The position numbers and the translations under genes were made by a program. Of a DNA stretch of 64,000 nt, positions 10,855-20,709 are shown piece by piece (positions within the stretch are counted from its first letter, which is position 1; every line of letters begins with the position of its first letter). This stretch comes from Mesoaciditogaceae bacterium. GTDB taxonomy: Bacteria; Thermotogota; Thermotogae; Mesoaciditogales; Mesoaciditogaceae. Location: assembly GCA_031962125.1 (NCBI GenBank), contig JAVRKU010000003.1:3133-67132 (forward strand), in the 5' to 3' direction. The notes under the pieces were generated by a model, which saw only the letters and a program-made list of their open reading frames with translations, was not told the DNA's origin and made no database searches.

Positions 10855-10856
10855 TC

Positions 10857-11264
10857 ATGAGATCAGGATGGACTTTTATAGAAATAATAGTACTTTTAGT
10901 TTTTTTATCAGTTATCTTTTCAATCATCTTTCCCATCTCAAAGAAATGGATGGATAAAACTATCGTTTATGCAGAAATAAAAAATGTCAGTGAAAACGTA
11001 AGATGGGCGAAAGTATTTTCTTATATTTTAAAGGACAAAGTTGAAATAGATATATCGCAAAAAATAAAAATTTCATCTAAACGTGGAATAGATGAAAAAG
11101 ATGGACCTAAATTCATCGAATTAATTGGAAGCACGCATTTTGCTTTTTCGAAGGGCATTCCTTACAATTCAGGTACCATGAAGATATATTTTAAAGGAAC
11201 GAAGATCGGAACTCTTACTGTGTTGCCAGTAACAGGTTTGATAAATGTCGAATTGGGGTGGTAA
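10857..11264 (+). CDS. Prepilin-type (class III signal peptide) pilin/pseudopilin
   Basis: MRSG|WTFIEIIVLLVF: short basic leader, Gly at -1, Glu at +5, and a hydrophobic helix. Confidence 0.7.
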   Translation: MRSGWTFIEIIVLLVFLSVIFSIIFPISKKWMDKTIVYAEIKNVSENVRWAKVFSYILKDKVEIDISQKIKISSKRGIDEKDGPKFIELIGSTHFAFSKGIPYNSGTMKIYFKGTKIGTLTVLPVTGLINVELGW

Positions 11265-12232
11265 AGGCGAATTTGAATCTATTCAGCACATCATATGTTG
11301 GTATAGACATAGGAAGATATAAAATTGATGGTGTAAGAATAACAAAAAACAGGAAAAAAATTGAGATTTCATCACAATTTTCTATACCTTATTCTAAAAA
11401 AGTATTTGACGGTGAAGAATTGATCGATGAAAATGAAATAATAATGGCTCTTAGCAAAATTGGGAAAATGTTGAAAGTAACCATAGAGGATTTTTTGATT
11501 ACAGCACTTTTTCCGGATAAAACCCTGTTCAGACAGATAAAATTTTCCCAGTTACCAGGCAAGAGCGGGATCATGGATGCGACAAAATTTCAAATAGTTA
11601 AAGAACTTTCCATTCCATCCGATAGCATAACGGTTGACATAGATGTAGGACCGAAAAATGGAGATCAGCTTGATATACTTGCTTTTGTGGTCAGAAATGA
11701 AGACATTGAAAGACTTAATAATTTTTTCTTCAAGGCAGGTCTTCCTTTACCCGATATAATTGATGCAGGATATATGAAATTCAACTATTTAATTGAAGAT
11801 AGGCTAAAAGATGGAATCTCCTTTCTTACTTTCGAAGATAACACGTCGACTTACCTCGAATTTTTCAAAGATGGTAGATTTTTAGCTATAGATAGTACAA
11901 ATGGTGGTGCGGATGATCTTCAGGATAAAAACGAGGTTGGTGTGAAGGTACATTATTTGCAGATCTCGGATGATATTCAGAGGCTTGCAAAAATGACGCT
12001 ATCAAGGTATTCCATGTCAAATGAAGCCATAAAAAGGGTTATATGTATTTCAGAAAAGATAGATTACATAGATATCTGGGCGGGTATTCTCAAAGAAGCT
12101 GGATTTGAGGAGGCGAAAAGTTATAGGGAGTTTTTAGAACTCGGCGATAAAATTCTGCTGGGAGCCTATAACCTTGCGATGAGGGGAGAAATTGAGAGTG
12201 GCGAGACTAAATTTTTACAGAAAAAAAAGTAG
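11258..12232 (+). CDS. pilM: PilM-like actin-fold pilus assembly protein
   Basis: YVGIDIGRYKIDG N-terminal actin/ASKHA phosphate-1-like motif, ~320 aa. Position immediately upstream of PilN/PilO-like genes. Confidence 0.65.
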   Translation: MVKANLNLFSTSYVGIDIGRYKIDGVRITKNRKKIEISSQFSIPYSKKVFDGEELIDENEIIMALSKIGKMLKVTIEDFLITALFPDKTLFRQIKFSQLPGKSGIMDATKFQIVKELSIPSDSITVDIDVGPKNGDQLDILAFVVRNEDIERLNNFFFKAGLPLPDIIDAGYMKFNYLIEDRLKDGISFLTFEDNTSTYLEFFKDGRFLAIDSTNGGADDLQDKNEVGVKVHYLQISDDIQRLAKMTLSRYSMSNEAIKRVICISEKIDYIDIWAGILKEAGFEEAKSYREFLELGDKILLGAYNLAMRGEIESGETKFLQKKK

Positions 12233-12773
12233 AAAGATAAAAACGACGAAATTCATACTGGTAATTGCCATAATACTCGGAGTTGGTTTTATTTCCTATG
12301 AAGGCATAACATTTTTCATAAATGGCCTTTATTCGCAGGCTTTGAGCGCAGATAAATCTTTGCTTGAAAAGGTCGGTATATCCCTTTCAAATTCATCGCA
12401 AGCTGCAGTTCAGATGAAGTTAGACAATGTTATACAGAGCTATTCTAATATGATGAGTGTACAGTCTCAAACACTTTATCAGGTTAAAGAGATGTTGAAT
12501 GGCGTGAATAAATTTCATTCCATGATCTCATTTTTCAACGATCTTACGTCAAATGTTAGTAATGACATTTCAATCTCGGATCTTAGCTATACAAGCAATT
12601 CCTCAACACTTGTAAAGTTTTCTCAATTTAGAAGATCCGGAAATTCTACAACGCTTATACTTGAAGAAAAAGCAATTGAAGGATCAGGGTACACTTTCTC
12701 CGTATCAAGTTCAAACAATCAAAGCTGGTACAAAGCTTACAATGAAACAATCTCGGTGGGTGAATCCAGGTGA
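12192..12773 (+). CDS. pilN: PilN-like bitopic membrane protein
   Basis: Short basic N-terminus (RLNFYRKK), a single TM helix, then a periplasmic domain. Gene order is pilM-N-O. Assignment is by architecture and position. Confidence 0.5.
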   Translation: MRVARLNFYRKKSRKIKTTKFILVIAIILGVGFISYEGITFFINGLYSQALSADKSLLEKVGISLSNSSQAAVQMKLDNVIQSYSNMMSVQSQTLYQVKEMLNGVNKFHSMISFFNDLTSNVSNDISISDLSYTSNSSTLVKFSQFRRSGNSTTLILEEKAIEGSGYTFSVSSSNNQSWYKAYNETISVGESR

Positions 12774-13240
12774 ACAGAAAAGCCGCAATCATAATCATTT
12801 TTACCGTGATATTCATCGTTGGCTTTATCGATATTTTAACGCTTATGTCCTCTTCAGGTACTCTTAACAAACTTGCAGGGTCGATCTCGAAATTCGATAC
12901 AATATACTCTCAAACTCTCGAAATGAAAAGGCAACTTTTGACTTACAGCTCGCTTCTCAATTCAAAGCGTATTTCTCTTAACAATCTAAAGATAGAATTG
13001 TTGAAATTAATCCCTAATGCAAATTTCAAGGTGAGCGGTGATACAATCTCTTTACAATCACCCGTTAATGTGGATCCCTATTCACTCATCAATTTGATGG
13101 GGCAATTCACAAATGTGAATGTTGTGGAGATGAAATTCCGGTCAAATTCACCTATTTTTTATGAATATAAAAACACAAACCAACAGGTGATCACCAATTA
13201 CTCTCTTGATCTTTTAGTTGTAAGAATCTATGGAGGTTAG
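12770..13240 (+). CDS. pilO: PilO-like bitopic membrane protein
   Basis: N-terminal TM helix, coiled-coil-like segment and small C-terminal domain. Assignment is by architecture and position only. Confidence 0.45.
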   Translation: MNRKAAIIIIFTVIFIVGFIDILTLMSSSGTLNKLAGSISKFDTIYSQTLEMKRQLLTYSSLLNSKRISLNNLKIELLKLIPNANFKVSGDTISLQSPVNVDPYSLINLMGQFTNVNVVEMKFRSNSPIFYEYKNTNQQVITNYSLDLLVVRIYGG

Positions 13241-13242
13241 TT

Positions 13243-13755
13243 ATGAAGCATACGATCGTCATAATTTTAATAATTTTCATAGTTGGAATCTTCATTTACC
13301 TTGGTTATACGTTCCTCTTTCCTAAAAATCAGGGATTCACACAGAGATCAAATATCACCGGTACAATAAAACAATTCTCATCGATTCTCGATCAAAAAGT
13401 CAAAACTGATGAAGTTAAATTTGTAAATTTGAAATTTAATCTCTTTTCTCCACTTGTGATAAAATTAGATCAAACCTCTTTTGCTGAACTGTTAAGTTTA
13501 CCCGAAAATTCCACAATTGATCCGAATTTATTCTGGGTAAGCGGGGCAAAAGGAGAAAGTGTTGATATAATAACACTTTCTGTGAATGGAAAACTTATTA
13601 CTTTCAACATTGGAAGTGGCAGTGCGGCTGTGAATTTCAACGGTAAGATATATCTTATAACTTATTCGGATCCGGTGCTGGAGGGAGCTGTTCTTATGGA
13701 CCTTTCGACGGGAAAACTTTATGTTGTAAGCTCAAAGGGCATAGTTTTGAATTGA
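13243..13755 (+). CDS. Membrane-anchored hypothetical protein occupying the PilP position
   Basis: N-terminal TM helix and a beta-rich C-terminal part. Lies between the pilO-like and secretin genes. No motif recognised. Confidence 0.35.
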   Translation: MKHTIVIILIIFIVGIFIYLGYTFLFPKNQGFTQRSNITGTIKQFSSILDQKVKTDEVKFVNLKFNLFSPLVIKLDQTSFAELLSLPENSTIDPNLFWVSGAKGESVDIITLSVNGKLITFNIGSGSAAVNFNGKIYLITYSDPVLEGAVLMDLSTGKLYVVSSKGIVLN

Positions 13756-13767
13756 GGAGATGGGATC

Positions 13768-16578
13768 GTGAAAAAATCTATTATTTTATCTATTATCACA
13801 TTTAGCATTATATCTTCATCTTTTGGATCTATTCTCCAGAATTTTACTTTTTCGGCGACAGGAGGACAATTTCAATCGACAATAACTTTTGATTCCGTAC
13901 CTGTGTGGAATGTCAGCGGGATCATCGGTAATTCTCCTCGGCTTTCCTTCAAAGGTTCTCTGTCTTCAAAAATATCAAATAAGATCATCTGGGGACCTTT
14001 GAGTGCGACGATATCCTCTACCAATTCAATAAGCACTATTACATTCAATTTTCCTTTTATTGTAAGTACATTTGTTCAGCAAAATGGTGATGAACTCACT
14101 GTAAACTTCATAACCTTAGGAATATCTCAAACCTTACCTCTTACAGGCCCTTCAACAAAGATATCGATAGATTTTTCGGGACAGCAAACTTCTACTTTGA
14201 ACTTAGCAATAAAATATCTTGCAAGGATTCTCAATAGAAATCTTATAGTGGATCCTTCGATAGCAAACAATCCTGTGAATATAACGCTCAAAGATGTAAC
14301 AGCTGCGGAGGCTTTCTATGATATTCTTATCTCGTCTCCGGGCATAGGATATGCAATTCTTCCTGATGGAACTTATTACATAGCGTCACTTAATTCTCTG
14401 CTCGGAAATTTTGGGAAACTCGGTATCGGGACTTATGATAATATCGTGAGTTTCTATAACCTTTCTATGACCAATATAAATCCACAGGACTTCACAACAC
14501 TGATAAATAACCTTTTCGGTCAGAACAGAGTAATAGGAAGCATCGGTCCTTACCAGATAGTCAGTGCGACTGTCCAACAGCAAAAAACGATATCAAATCT
14601 CATGGATTTTCTCAAAGAAAGTGAAAGTTTTTCAACCATAAAATGGAATGATCCGAATTCCGTCCAGGATCTCATTAAGCTTATCACCATGATGTATCCT
14701 AACTTGAAGATCACATATCTTAATAGCTTTTCGACGATCGTTTTGAATGGAAGTAAAGGAGAGATACAAGATGCTTTTTCCGTGATCTCTGAATATCAAA
14801 AGATCGTTGAAAGTATAGGTCCAAAAGTGACGGTTTCTTTTATCGTTCCAAAGCCAAATGTTCAGGCCTTTATCCAGTTTTCAAAGCAATTTTCAGCTAT
14901 AACTGCTTATGGATCGACGACCGCCTATTCATCTGATGCCGTTTACCTCATTTTAGGGCCGAAGGATCAGGTCAATCAATTTGCACAGGAAATTGGTTCA
15001 ATAGCAAGTACAATTACACAGGTAAAACCGCAAACTTTTCATTTCAATTTTGCACAGTGGTCAGATGCGAACGCCTTTTCAGATCTGTCGAAGATCATTT
15101 CTGTCATGTATCCTGACGTTCAGATGATTTATCTTCAAAACTTCGATCAAATTCTTGTATATGGAGTGGATACCCAGCATGTGGATGAGGTCGCAACTTT
15201 CATAAAGGAAAAGGCGTTCTTAAATGGGAGTTTTTCTTCAATTACGAATGTCATAAAGATAAGAACGCAGGACTATCAGACTGTTAAATCAATCATTGAA
15301 GCAAAAGGGCTTACATTTTTTGGACCTTCAAAACCATCCACATCTTCAACATTTGTGGCAATAGCGATTTCGGGTCCGGCCCAGCGTGTTGATGATGTAA
15401 CGGCATTGCTTAACGTGTCCGGACTTGCACAGAAAGAATTCCAAACCAAATCTGCAAGCGAACAGTCTATCTCTGTAAACAACGGAATGATAAACGTTGA
15501 TGTGACAGATTATCCTCTATCTTCTTTAATTCAAAAAGTCTATGCCTCATTCTCCAAAAATGTTGTCTTTGCAGAACAAAACTTTCCAAATATCACATTG
15601 AAACTTTCAAATGTAAATCTTGATCAGTTCAATCATGCACTTTCAGACTCTTACGGTATATCTTTTTCAGGTTCCTCCATTGTTGTAGCTGAGAAAAATA
15701 CAGGAGGCGTTATCAGGGTCTATCAGGCCAATGGAAACATCAATCAGATACAATCACTCGCCACATTTCTTGGTGGCAGCGTTTATTCGGATCCAAATAC
15801 CGGCCTTGTTGTTGTGAAAAATCTTACTCCAAATTCTGCGAAAGAACTTGATGCGATGGTTTCACCGCTTTTAAATCCGAGGAAAAATATCATCATAGAG
15901 GCTAAGATCCTTGATGTATCAGAAAATAACAGTGTGAATACAAATTTCAACACGACCGTGATGACGCCACAGCTTATATTTAATAACGGCCTCACACTTA
16001 GTTTCAATCTTTTAAACGCTGTGAATCCTCTCCAGTTCACGTCAAATCTCGCAAATCAAATAATGTCCTCAAATGCAACCGTAACTGCAAATCTTTCTCA
16101 GATGACGGGAAACGGTACCATTCTTTCAGCTCCAACTTTGATGACTCAAAGCGGTGAATCCGCACAGATTACCGTGGGATCTCAATATCCCTATCTTGTA
16201 ACGACTGTTAACAACAGTCAGACAACACAGCAGCTTCAATTTCTGACAACAGGAATCCAGCTTACCATATTGCCAGTTGTCCTTCCAAACGGTCAGATCT
16301 CTTTGACTATAACGATTCAGGTAAGTGATGCCGACTGGGGCCATGCTGTAAATGGTATACCTGCAGTGAGTACAAGGAATGCGAGCGTTAAGGTTGTAGT
16401 TTCAAGCGGCCAGACAATAATGATAGGAGGATTGACGAAAGATAACCGATCTGAAAATATCACGAAAATACCATTTCTTGGCGATCTCCCATTCATAGGA
16501 CAGTTTTTCACATCGACAACATTTCAAAATTCTAAGGATAACCTTAATATATTCATAAGAGCAGCGGTGGAAAATTAA
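13768..16578 (+). CDS. pilQ: Secretin (PilQ/GspD family), 936 aa with an extended N-terminal region
   Basis: Signal peptide. C-terminal secretin domain (SAPTLMTQSGESAQITVG ... IPFLGDLPFIGQFF). Two N0/STN-like segments and a tandem ~138-aa duplicated module upstream. Confidence 0.88.
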   Translation: MKKSIILSIITFSIISSSFGSILQNFTFSATGGQFQSTITFDSVPVWNVSGIIGNSPRLSFKGSLSSKISNKIIWGPLSATISSTNSISTITFNFPFIVSTFVQQNGDELTVNFITLGISQTLPLTGPSTKISIDFSGQQTSTLNLAIKYLARILNRNLIVDPSIANNPVNITLKDVTAAEAFYDILISSPGIGYAILPDGTYYIASLNSLLGNFGKLGIGTYDNIVSFYNLSMTNINPQDFTTLINNLFGQNRVIGSIGPYQIVSATVQQQKTISNLMDFLKESESFSTIKWNDPNSVQDLIKLITMMYPNLKITYLNSFSTIVLNGSKGEIQDAFSVISEYQKIVESIGPKVTVSFIVPKPNVQAFIQFSKQFSAITAYGSTTAYSSDAVYLILGPKDQVNQFAQEIGSIASTITQVKPQTFHFNFAQWSDANAFSDLSKIISVMYPDVQMIYLQNFDQILVYGVDTQHVDEVATFIKEKAFLNGSFSSITNVIKIRTQDYQTVKSIIEAKGLTFFGPSKPSTSSTFVAIAISGPAQRVDDVTALLNVSGLAQKEFQTKSASEQSISVNNGMINVDVTDYPLSSLIQKVYASFSKNVVFAEQNFPNITLKLSNVNLDQFNHALSDSYGISFSGSSIVVAEKNTGGVIRVYQANGNINQIQSLATFLGGSVYSDPNTGLVVVKNLTPNSAKELDAMVSPLLNPRKNIIIEAKILDVSENNSVNTNFNTTVMTPQLIFNNGLTLSFNLLNAVNPLQFTSNLANQIMSSNATVTANLSQMTGNGTILSAPTLMTQSGESAQITVGSQYPYLVTTVNNSQTTQQLQFLTTGIQLTILPVVLPNGQISLTITIQVSDADWGHAVNGIPAVSTRNASVKVVVSSGQTIMIGGLTKDNRSENITKIPFLGDLPFIGQFFTSTTFQNSKDNLNIFIRAAVEN

Positions 16579-17403
16579 ATGGACAGAAAACCTGCTGTTG
16601 CTGGTAGTTTTTATCCATCCGATCCTGAAGATCTCAGAGATTACATAAGAGAACTTTTTATCTCAAAAAAGGGAGCCGGTGAGTTACCCGATCCCGATGG
16701 CTTTAAAAAAAATGTTGGAATCATAGTACCTCATGCCGGTTATGTTTATTCAGGGGCAACAGCAACTCATGCCTATTTTCATGCCTCCGAATTTGGCAAG
16801 CCGGATCTCGTTGTGATAATGGGGCCAAATCATACTGGATATGGTAAACCGATCTCCGTCTGGCCTATGGGCTCGTGGAAAACGCCACTTGGAAATGTAA
16901 GCGTTGACGAAAGTGTTTCAAATGCACTTGTAGAAACTTTCCCTGCCTGTGCTTTTGATTATGAAGCACATCTTTTTGAACATTCGATAGAAGTTCAGGT
17001 CCCATTTTTGCAATTTACTCTTGGAACCGGTTTCAAAATACTGCCAATATGCATGATGGATCAAAGAAAAGAAACGGTCAGACAGTTTGCAATAGCGATG
17101 AGAAAAATTCTAAATGGGAAAAGATTCTGGATGGTAGCATCGACTGATCTCAATCATTATGAAGATCATGAAACAACGTTGTATAAAGACAAGGTAATAA
17201 TGGATGCGATATCAGGTGAAAATATAGACGAACTTTATCATGCCCTAGACAGAGAAAAGATAACCATGTGTGGCTTCGGTCCTGTTTCAGTTTTACTTTC
17301 TATGGAGCTCGGAGCGCCGCAGATTCTTTGTCATTCAACGAGTGGAGAAGTTTCGGAAGATTTTGATCAGGAAGTTGGATATCTAGCAGCATGCGTGTGC
17401 TGA
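16579..17403 (+). CDS. MEMO1-family protein (AmmeMemoRadiSam system protein B)
   Basis: PAVAGSFYP N-terminus, VPHAGYVYSG, and His/Asp/Cys ligand pattern of the MEMO family. Starts 1 nt after the pilQ stop. Confidence 0.85.
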   Translation: MDRKPAVAGSFYPSDPEDLRDYIRELFISKKGAGELPDPDGFKKNVGIIVPHAGYVYSGATATHAYFHASEFGKPDLVVIMGPNHTGYGKPISVWPMGSWKTPLGNVSVDESVSNALVETFPACAFDYEAHLFEHSIEVQVPFLQFTLGTGFKILPICMMDQRKETVRQFAIAMRKILNGKRFWMVASTDLNHYEDHETTLYKDKVIMDAISGENIDELYHALDREKITMCGFGPVSVLLSMELGAPQILCHSTSGEVSEDFDQEVGYLAACVC

Positions 17404-18077
17404 GCGAGGTGATTGATCTTTTTTTCCCCAAAATATGCCCTGTGTGCGGTAAAATTATAGATCAAAACAAAATTATCTGTTACGAATGTGAAAGTAAAAT
17501 TCCTCCCCTCAACAGGGAGAAGTTTGTCGGTGGGAAATGGTATTTTGACGAATTGTTTTATAGAGCTTCCTATGGGAGCATCGTGGGAGAAATTATAAGA
17601 TCTTACAAATACAAACATCATATCTCGCTTGATCGTATACTTGCAGACTTTTTCATTGAGATGCTTGAGGCCTTCCCGTATCCTCATCATGCAGTTTTAA
17701 CAACCGTGCCGATCACATTTAACTCTTATAAAGAAAAGGGGTTCGATCATATGGAATTGATCGCAAAAAAAATATCGAAAAGTACGGGTTTAAAATTTTT
17801 AAAATTACTTGATGTCGTTAGGCAGCAAAAAAGTCAGGTTGGATCGTCGATCGAAGAAAGGCAGAAAATCATTTCTGGAAAGTACGCGGTGAGAATTGAT
17901 AATTTCTACATAACATCGGGAGATATCATACTTCTCGATGATGTTTTTACAACAGGATCCACCGTCAATGAATGTGCTAAAATTTTAAAAGAGGCCGGTG
18001 CAAAGCATGTGTGGGTTTATGCTCTTGCAAAGGCAAGCATGGTGAAAAAAGATCCTAAAAGGAGGCAACAGTTGTGA
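17391..18077 (+). CDS. comF: ComF family protein (zinc-finger plus phosphoribosyltransferase fold)
   Basis: N-terminal CPVCG...CYEC zinc ribbon and C-terminal PRTase motif ILLDDVFTTGST. Confidence 0.88.
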   Translation: MRVLSEVIDLFFPKICPVCGKIIDQNKIICYECESKIPPLNREKFVGGKWYFDELFYRASYGSIVGEIIRSYKYKHHISLDRILADFFIEMLEAFPYPHHAVLTTVPITFNSYKEKGFDHMELIAKKISKSTGLKFLKLLDVVRQQKSQVGSSIEERQKIISGKYAVRIDNFYITSGDIILLDDVFTTGSTVNECAKILKEAGAKHVWVYALAKASMVKKDPKRRQQL

Positions 18078-19492
18078 AAATAAAAATAGCGGTAATAGGA
18101 GCCGGTGTTATAGGCTCTCTCATAGCAAGAGAACTCACGAGATATGAAGGGGTAGAAGTTGAGATATTCGAAAAACTTCCTGATGTAGGTTGGGGTGTTA
18201 CAAAGGCTAATTCCGGCGTAATTCATGCAGGTTATGATGACGAACCCGGTACTGTCAGGGCGAAATACTGTGTGCATGGTAATGAAATGTACACGAAATT
18301 ATCAGAAGAGCTTGGATTTAAATTCAAAAGGGTAGGGTCCCTTGTTGCAGCCTTTGATGAAGAGGACATTAAAAGTCTTTATGAACTTTTGGAAAATGGT
18401 GAAAAAAATGGCGTAAAGGATCTCAAAATACTTTCAAAATACGATGCCCTGGAGCTTGAGCCGAATCTTTCAAAAGAAGTTATAGCTGCGCTTTATTCTC
18501 CGACTGCCGGTATCGTTGGACCGTGGGATATAGCCCAGGCTGCCACTGAAAATGCGATCAAAAATGGTGCAAAGCTCAATCTTGCGGTCAATGTGAATGA
18601 TATAAGAAGAAATACAAAAAGTATAGAAATCAACACTTCTGCCGGTATATTCATATTCGATTTTGTCTTTAATGCCGGCGGTTTATGGGCTGACGAGCTT
18701 GCAGAATCTGCAGGAGCAAAGGTGCCATCTTTGCACCCCAGAAGAGGAGAGTACATTCTTTTAGATCAACCCAATCTTACCAAAAGGATCATATTTCCGG
18801 TTCCATCGAAGGCTGGAAAGGGCATACTTGTAATTCCGACCATTCATAATACCGTGCTTTTGGGACCAACATCTGAAGATCTTTCGCCCGCTTTCAAAGA
18901 GATGACCGAAACAACTCAAGAAGGGCTCTCGAAGATAATTGATAGCACGAAACGTCTTGTTCCAGCGATAAACTTGTCAAAGTCGATAAGAACATTCGCT
19001 GGTTTGAGACCTGAAAATGATATAAAAGATTTTGTCATAGTTAGAGAAGATAGAATGGTTCATATCGTTGCAACGAGATCTCCAGGTCTCACATCCGCAC
19101 CTGCCATAGCGGATGATGTGGTCTCGAAATTTGCAGAGAAATATTCACTTGAAATAAAAGATGATTTTGATCCGTATATATCCCCAATTCCAATACCGGC
19201 TGAAATGGATGAGGCCCAAAGAGAGGAACTAATAAAAAAAGATCCGGCCTTTGGAAGGGTGATATGCAGATGCAACAAGGTCACGGAAGGTGAAGTTGTT
19301 GAAGCGATAAGACGCGGTGCAAGAACACTGGATGGAATCAAACTAAGGACAACGGCTATGTTTGGCAGGTGTCAGGGATCTTTTTGCACGGTAAATATAA
19401 TGAAGATCCTAAAAAGGGAAACGGGTACTGATTTTGAAGACATTGAAAAAAATCTTATTGATTCTAAAATAGTGGATGGTGTTTTGCGATGA
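18074..19492 (+). CDS. FAD-dependent glycerol-3-phosphate dehydrogenase-like oxidoreductase with a BFD-like [2Fe-2S] domain
   Basis: VIGAGVIGSLIARE dinucleotide fold. C-terminal CRCNKVTEGE...GRCQGSFC. Confidence 0.82.
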   Translation: MKIKIAVIGAGVIGSLIARELTRYEGVEVEIFEKLPDVGWGVTKANSGVIHAGYDDEPGTVRAKYCVHGNEMYTKLSEELGFKFKRVGSLVAAFDEEDIKSLYELLENGEKNGVKDLKILSKYDALELEPNLSKEVIAALYSPTAGIVGPWDIAQAATENAIKNGAKLNLAVNVNDIRRNTKSIEINTSAGIFIFDFVFNAGGLWADELAESAGAKVPSLHPRRGEYILLDQPNLTKRIIFPVPSKAGKGILVIPTIHNTVLLGPTSEDLSPAFKEMTETTQEGLSKIIDSTKRLVPAINLSKSIRTFAGLRPENDIKDFVIVREDRMVHIVATRSPGLTSAPAIADDVVSKFAEKYSLEIKDDFDPYISPIPIPAEMDEAQREELIKKDPAFGRVICRCNKVTEGEVVEAIRRGARTLDGIKLRTTAMFGRCQGSFCTVNIMKILKRETGTDFEDIEKNLIDSKIVDGVLR

Positions 19493-20709
19493 AAATGAAA
19501 TATGATGTCGTGGTACTTGGTGGTGGAGCGGCGGGTATGGGTGCTGTAAATGCGGCAAAAGAGCAAGGTGCATCCGTCCTTTTGATAGAAAGAGAAGCAT
19601 CGACCGGAGGCGTTTTAAACCAGTGCATACATACCGGCTTTGGTCTTCAGGTTTTTAAAATAGAACTTACGGGACCGGAATACCACGAAATGTATATAGA
19701 GAAAACAGGTAAATTCGACGCACTTTACGAAACTATGGTTTTAGACGTGGATCTCAAAAATGGCAAATTGATCGCAATGAATGCGCATGGGAATCACGAG
19801 ATAGAGTATAGATCACTCGTTTTAGCAACAGGTGCAAGAGAAAGACCCTTCGAGGCGTTAAGAATACCCGGAACAAGGCCATCGGGTGTCTTCACAGCCG
19901 GTCTTGCACAGAAATTTGTTAACCTTGAAAATCATCTTCCAGGCCATAAAGCTGTGATCGTGGGTTCTGGAGATATAGGTATGATAATGGCGCGGAGATT
20001 GAAACTCGAAGGGGTGGAAGTCGAAGGCGTGTACGAGATAATGCCTTATCCAGGAGGTCTGACGAGAAACATAGCGCAATGCTTGAACGATTATGATATA
20101 CCACTTCATCTTTCGACAAGCGTTATAAAGGTATACGGTAAAAGAAGGCTTGAGGGAGTGACGGTTGTGGAATTTGAAAATGGAATGCCCCTAAGCGGGA
20201 CTGAGAGATTCATAGAATGCGATACGCTGGTAGCGTCCGTTGGATTGATACCGGAAAATGATCTTGTCAAAGGTAAGATAGAGATGGGAAGAGATGAAGG
20301 AATAATAGTGGATGATCTTATGAGGACTAACTGGGATAATGTTTTTGCAGCCGGCAACAATGTTTGTATTCATGATCTCGTTGATTTTGCAACAGTTGAA
20401 GGCGAGATGGCCGGAAGAAATGCTGCAAAGGTCGCACTGGGAGAAACATTACCGGTAAGAGAAGGCATGTTCTCGGCTAAAGATGGCATAAGAGTCTTAA
20501 GTGCAAAATATACAACAGCAAGCGAGCCATTCACATTGTACATACGTGTGGAGAAACCTATGGGAATTGCAACGGTAAATCTTGATGGTAAAGCGATAAA
20601 GGGAGTGGTTAACGCAAGGCCGAGTGAAATGATAGAACTTAACCTTGATCCAAAAAAATACAATTTGAAAGGAAAGATAGAAATTTCGGCTAAGGAAGTG
20701 AAAAGGTGA
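19489..20709 (+). CDS. FAD/NAD(P)-binding pyridine nucleotide-disulfide oxidoreductase family protein
   Basis: VVVLGGGAAGMGA and VIVGSGDIGM double Rossmann motifs. Overlaps both neighbours by 4 nt. Confidence 0.8.
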   Translation: MKMKYDVVVLGGGAAGMGAVNAAKEQGASVLLIEREASTGGVLNQCIHTGFGLQVFKIELTGPEYHEMYIEKTGKFDALYETMVLDVDLKNGKLIAMNAHGNHEIEYRSLVLATGARERPFEALRIPGTRPSGVFTAGLAQKFVNLENHLPGHKAVIVGSGDIGMIMARRLKLEGVEVEGVYEIMPYPGGLTRNIAQCLNDYDIPLHLSTSVIKVYGKRRLEGVTVVEFENGMPLSGTERFIECDTLVASVGLIPENDLVKGKIEMGRDEGIIVDDLMRTNWDNVFAAGNNVCIHDLVDFATVEGEMAGRNAAKVALGETLPVREGMFSAKDGIRVLSAKYTTASEPFTLYIRVEKPMGIATVNLDGKAIKGVVNARPSEMIELNLDPKKYNLKGKIEISAKEVKR

